Source: a virus
Lineage: Duplodnaviria > Caudoviricetes
Length of the DNA stretch: 28,297 nt
Virus record (IMG/VR): IMGVR_UViG_3300038393_001691
Span: 1 to 28,297 of that record
Reading direction: 5' to 3' (one strand)
In this document: piece by piece, positions 26,056 to 28,297 of the stretch
Position numbering within the stretch: the stretch's first letter is position 1
How the letters are laid out: the number at the start of each line of letters is the position of its first letter
Made by a program: the position numbers and the translations under genes
Notes under the pieces: model-generated
The model's database searches: none
Seen by the model: the letters and a program-made list of their open reading frames with translations, nothing else
Told to the model about the DNA's origin: nothing

Positions 26056-26352
26056 GTGGACGACCTAGTGCAGTTCCTGCGCGACCGGCTGGGTGAGGAC
26101 ATCGAGCGGGCTCGCGAGATCGGCAACATGCTGATCACCGCCGGGCCGGCAGGCATCACGCCCGAAGCGGCCGAACGACAGGCGCGCGCCAGCGTCCACG
26201 CCGCCGAGATAAAGCGGGCCCTCTTCGAGGAGACGATCCGCCCCTACGTGGGCACCGCCGGGCCGACAGGGCGCATCGCTGAGCAGCAGCTGCTGCTCTT
26301 CGCGGCCATGTACGCCGACCATCGGGACTACCGCGCGGAGTGGCGGCCCTAG
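26056..26352 (+). CDS. Hypothetical protein (DUF6221-like)
   Basis: GTG after GGAGG; DDLVQFLRDRLGED...YADHRDYRAEWRP termini. Confidence 0.72.
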   Translation: MDDLVQFLRDRLGEDIERAREIGNMLITAGPAGITPEAAERQARASVHAAEIKRALFEETIRPYVGTAGPTGRIAEQQLLLFAAMYADHRDYRAEWRP

Positions 26353-26543
26353 CCCTCCGGGTGTCGGACGGTCTTCTTGAGCGCCATCTCCACCTCGTAC
26401 CGGTCCACCCCGGCCTGCTCGGCGTGCGCGGTGATGGCCTGCTGTACGGCCTGCGCCGTCTCGGCGGTGAGCTGCCCGGCCTGGATCTCCTCCCAGGCGC
26501 GCTGTTCGAGGGCGATCAGGTCGTCAGGTAGTTCGATTGCCAC
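26349..26543 (-). CDS. Hypothetical protein (64 aa)
   Basis: High GC3; GTG 6 nt after -10-like TAGGAT; convergent with the DUF6221-like gene. Confidence 0.72.
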   Translation of the reverse strand: MAIELPDDLIALEQRAWEEIQAGQLTAETAQAVQQAITAHAEQAGVDRYEVEMALKKTVRHPEG

Positions 26544-26552
26544 CCGAGGATC

Positions 26553-26732
26553 CTATGCGGCCGTCGACATCTCTCCGCGCATCGCCGCCACCCACTCATC
26601 CCGCAGCTGCTCGTACCGCTCCCGGGTCGGCCCCCACAGCCAGCCGCCCGTCGCCTCCATCAGCGCGCGGATCTCCGCCTGCACGACTACAGCCGGCCGC
26701 GGCGGGCCCGAGGGCGGGGGAGTGGTGGACAT
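26553..26732 (-). CDS. Hypothetical protein (59 aa; missed by the ORF track)
   Basis: MSTTPPPSGPPRPAVVVQAEIRALMEATGGWLWGPTRERYEQLRDEWVAAMRGEMSTAA; ATG 7 nt after TACGAT. Confidence 0.68.
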   Translation of the reverse strand: MSTTPPPSGPPRPAVVVQAEIRALMEATGGWLWGPTRERYEQLRDEWVAAMRGEMSTAA

Positions 26733-26739
26733 GCCGCCG

Positions 26740-26762
26740 ATCGTAGGCGCCCGGTCTGACAG
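26740..26762 (-). promoter_or_regulatory. Second RecA-NDp / PafBC-type promoter
   Basis: Minus strand cTGTCAGAC-CGGGCGCC-TACGAT, positioned for leaderless initiation at ATG 26732. Confidence 0.62.
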
Positions 26763-26766
26763 CGGG

Positions 26767-27009
26767 CTAGGAATCCGCGCGGTCGACGACGTAGATGCCC
26801 ATGCCGGTGACCGTCTCGACGAGCCCCTCGTCCTTCAGGACTTGGGTGGCCTTGCGGAGGGTGTCGCGGGCGACCTGGTACTCCTGCTCCATCTCCACCA
26901 TCGACGGGATGCGCCGGCCCGGGGGAATCGTTCCGTCTTCGATCTTCCGGCGGAGGTCGTCGGCGATCTGGCGGTACGGGGGAACCGGCCCCTCCCTGTC
27001 GATGATCAT
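26767..27009 (-). CDS. GntR-family winged-HTH regulator (DNA-binding domain only, 80 aa)
   Basis: PPYRQIADDLRRKIEDGTIPPGRRIPS...YQVARDTLRKA...L..EGLVETVTGMGIYV. Confidence 0.92.
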   Translation of the reverse strand: MIIDREGPVPPYRQIADDLRRKIEDGTIPPGRRIPSMVEMEQEYQVARDTLRKATQVLKDEGLVETVTGMGIYVVDRADS

Positions 27010-27080
27010 GGTAGCGGACGGTAGACCACCGCCCCTGACCTGCCATAGCTACCCCCTGCTACCCACAGGGGTAGTACGGT
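27010..27080. promoter_or_regulatory. Divergent promoter region with repeated CTACC/GGTAG operator-like half sites
   Basis: GGTAG at 27010, 27020 and 27070; CTACC at 27049 and 27059; TACGGT -10-like at 27075. Confidence 0.5.
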
Positions 27081-27153
27081 TGCCCTCAACAGCACAAACG
27101 CCCCGAGGCCGCGGTCAGGCAGCCCCAGGGCAGCCGACGATCGGAGCGTCGAC

Positions 27154-27381
27154 ATGGGCGAGCCTAGACCTGCAGACCCTGCCGCAAACCCACCCCGGCC
27201 AGCCGTCGCCGCCGCCGCCACCCTCGCGCCACCTCAGCAGGCCTACAGCGACTGGGTGACCCACCGCCTCGACTGCATGCCCTGCCGCGACATCGACAGC
27301 GGCGACTGCGGCAAGGGCAAGGCGTTATGGCAGGCGTACAAGGACCGCGATCGCGAGGCCTGCGAACAGCTGTCGAGCTAG
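27154..27381 (+). CDS. Small putative Zn-binding protein (75 aa) with an in-frame TTA codon
   Basis: RBS GGAG; H-x3-C-x2-C-x7-C (HRLDCMPCRDIDSGDC); TTA at 27325. Confidence 0.65.
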   Translation: MGEPRPADPAANPPRPAVAAAATLAPPQQAYSDWVTHRLDCMPCRDIDSGDCGKGKALWQAYKDRDREACEQLSS

Positions 27382-27563
27382 CGACCGTTAACTCCGAGAT
27401 GTCGGGGAATGTCCTGGCCAGTACGTCGCAGTTGGTATTTGTCAACGCGATGGATGTGTGGAGAGTGTGCAGGTAATTAAAGGTCTGACCTTCCGTTTGC
27501 GCCGTCATGCGTGTTGAATCGCAGCGAGCGAGCGCTCGTTAACCAGGTGCCCGCTGGTCACAG

Positions 27564-27806
27564 CTACCCGTGAAGGAGGTCGGTCACGTGCACCCTCAAC
27601 GCGTGAGCGATCAGCAGCAGGTCCGAGAACTGCGGATCCCGCTGGGCGTTCTCGTACCGCTGGATGCTGCGACGCTCCATGCCGGCGAGGTGCGCCAGCT
27701 GCTCCTGTGACAGCTCCTGCTGCCGCCGTAAGTCGGCGATGCGATGTCCGAGGGCGACACGGCGTTGCATGACCCACTCGGGTCGGGGGTTGCGGCGGGC
27801 TGGCAC
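27564..27806 (-). CDS. XRE / Cro-C1 HTH regulator (80 aa)
   Basis: LGHRIADLRRQQELSQEQLAHLAGMERRSIQRYENA...LLLIAHALRV. Confidence 0.9.
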   Translation of the reverse strand: MPARRNPRPEWVMQRRVALGHRIADLRRQQELSQEQLAHLAGMERRSIQRYENAQRDPQFSDLLLIAHALRVHVTDLLHG

Positions 27807-27981
27807 CCGTCACACGGTTCGGCCTCAGTGATCTTGTGTCAGTACCCAAATGGTCGCCAGTTGATCGTGAACGTACCTCGCGCGACGGACGGGCCTGCCT
27901 CCCGCGTAGGGGGTTTGGAAGTCAAACCGGACGGCCCTGCGGTCTGGCATATGCCGTAGGGCTGGCTGTAGTGTCCATGAA

Positions 27982-27997
27982 TCGAACGAGTGTTCGC
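27982..27997. promoter_or_regulatory. SOS (LexA) box
   Basis: TCGAAC-GAGT-GTTCGC, one mismatch from TCGAAC-N4-GTTCGA, intergenic. Confidence 0.75.
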
Positions 27998-28098
27998 CCG
28001 AAAGGGTGAACCACCAGGTCGAGGTGCGTCTCGCAACCCACAGCGGGCACCAGAACCACACCCTCAGATCCGTACAGCGACGCAACGGGAGACAGGCG

Positions 28099-28297
28099 AT
28101 GGACCGGCAGCAGATCCTCGACCTCTACGACTGGGCGCCGGGTATCTGCTTCCGGCACCCCGACCGCGGTGAGGTGCCCACTGCAGTCGTGCACATGATG
28201 CACCCGCGGGAGCAGGGTGAGTACGAGGTGCGGGCCTGTGAGGACTGTGTTGTCGCCATAGGGGATGCCCGGCGCGAAGCCGCTGCTCGTCTTGCTG
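28099..28297 (+). CDS. Hypothetical Cys/His protein, truncated by the window end
   Basis: RBS GGGAG; MDRQQILDLYDWAPGICFRHP...VRACEDCV...; no stop codon in the window. Confidence 0.65.
   Translation, partial: MDRQQILDLYDWAPGICFRHPDRGEVPTAVVHMMHPREQGEYEVRACEDCVVAIGDARREAAARLA

Larger units (their letters stand above)
1..28297 (+). mobile_element. Prophage or temperate siphovirus segment (packaging, head, tail, lysis and accessory regions); boundaries lie outside the window
   Basis: Canonical order HNH-terS-terL-portal-capsid-tail-tape measure-lysin-holin; high GC and Streptomyces-like codon usage; no att site or integrase visible. Confidence 0.95.

Noticed and set aside
27164-27508. Minus-strand 114-aa ORF
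   Set aside because: Overlaps the better supported + strand gene at 27154-27381, has atypical composition and no clear RBS.
27836-27858. Third TGTCAG promoter-like motif
   Set aside because: No TAnnnT hexamer at the required spacing.

Overview
High-GC (Streptomyces-like) temperate siphovirus/prophage segment, almost all on the + strand. 177-20174 holds a complete morphogenesis module: multi-zinc-finger HNH endonuclease, TerS, TerL, SPP1-type portal, minor head protein, scaffold, major capsid, head-tail joining genes, major tail, tail assembly chaperone with a GGGGGAA -1 frameshift, a 1429-aa tape measure with C-terminal lytic transglycosylase, Dit, minor tails and a beta-helix tail spike. 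20219-22813 is an extended lysis cassette: GH25 endolysin with a likely internal start, holin, several membrane proteins, a membrane-anchored collagen-like protein and an unannotated 28-aa hydrophobic peptide. 22870-28297 is a terminator-punctuated accessory region: XRE regulator; a small serine resolvase with a multi-subsite res-like site plus an endonuclease VII-type gene and a hypothetical gene; and small, apparently leaderless genes carrying two LexA boxes, two RecA-NDp/PafBC-type promoters and a LexA DNA-binding-domain-only protein. The main leads are that dual DNA-damage-responsive cluster, an A/T-ending-codon patch over the TerL ATPase near the HNH gene, and the resolvase cassette. No integrase, att site, tRNA or CRISPR array was seen. 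All assignments come from motif recognition and synteny, without database searches.
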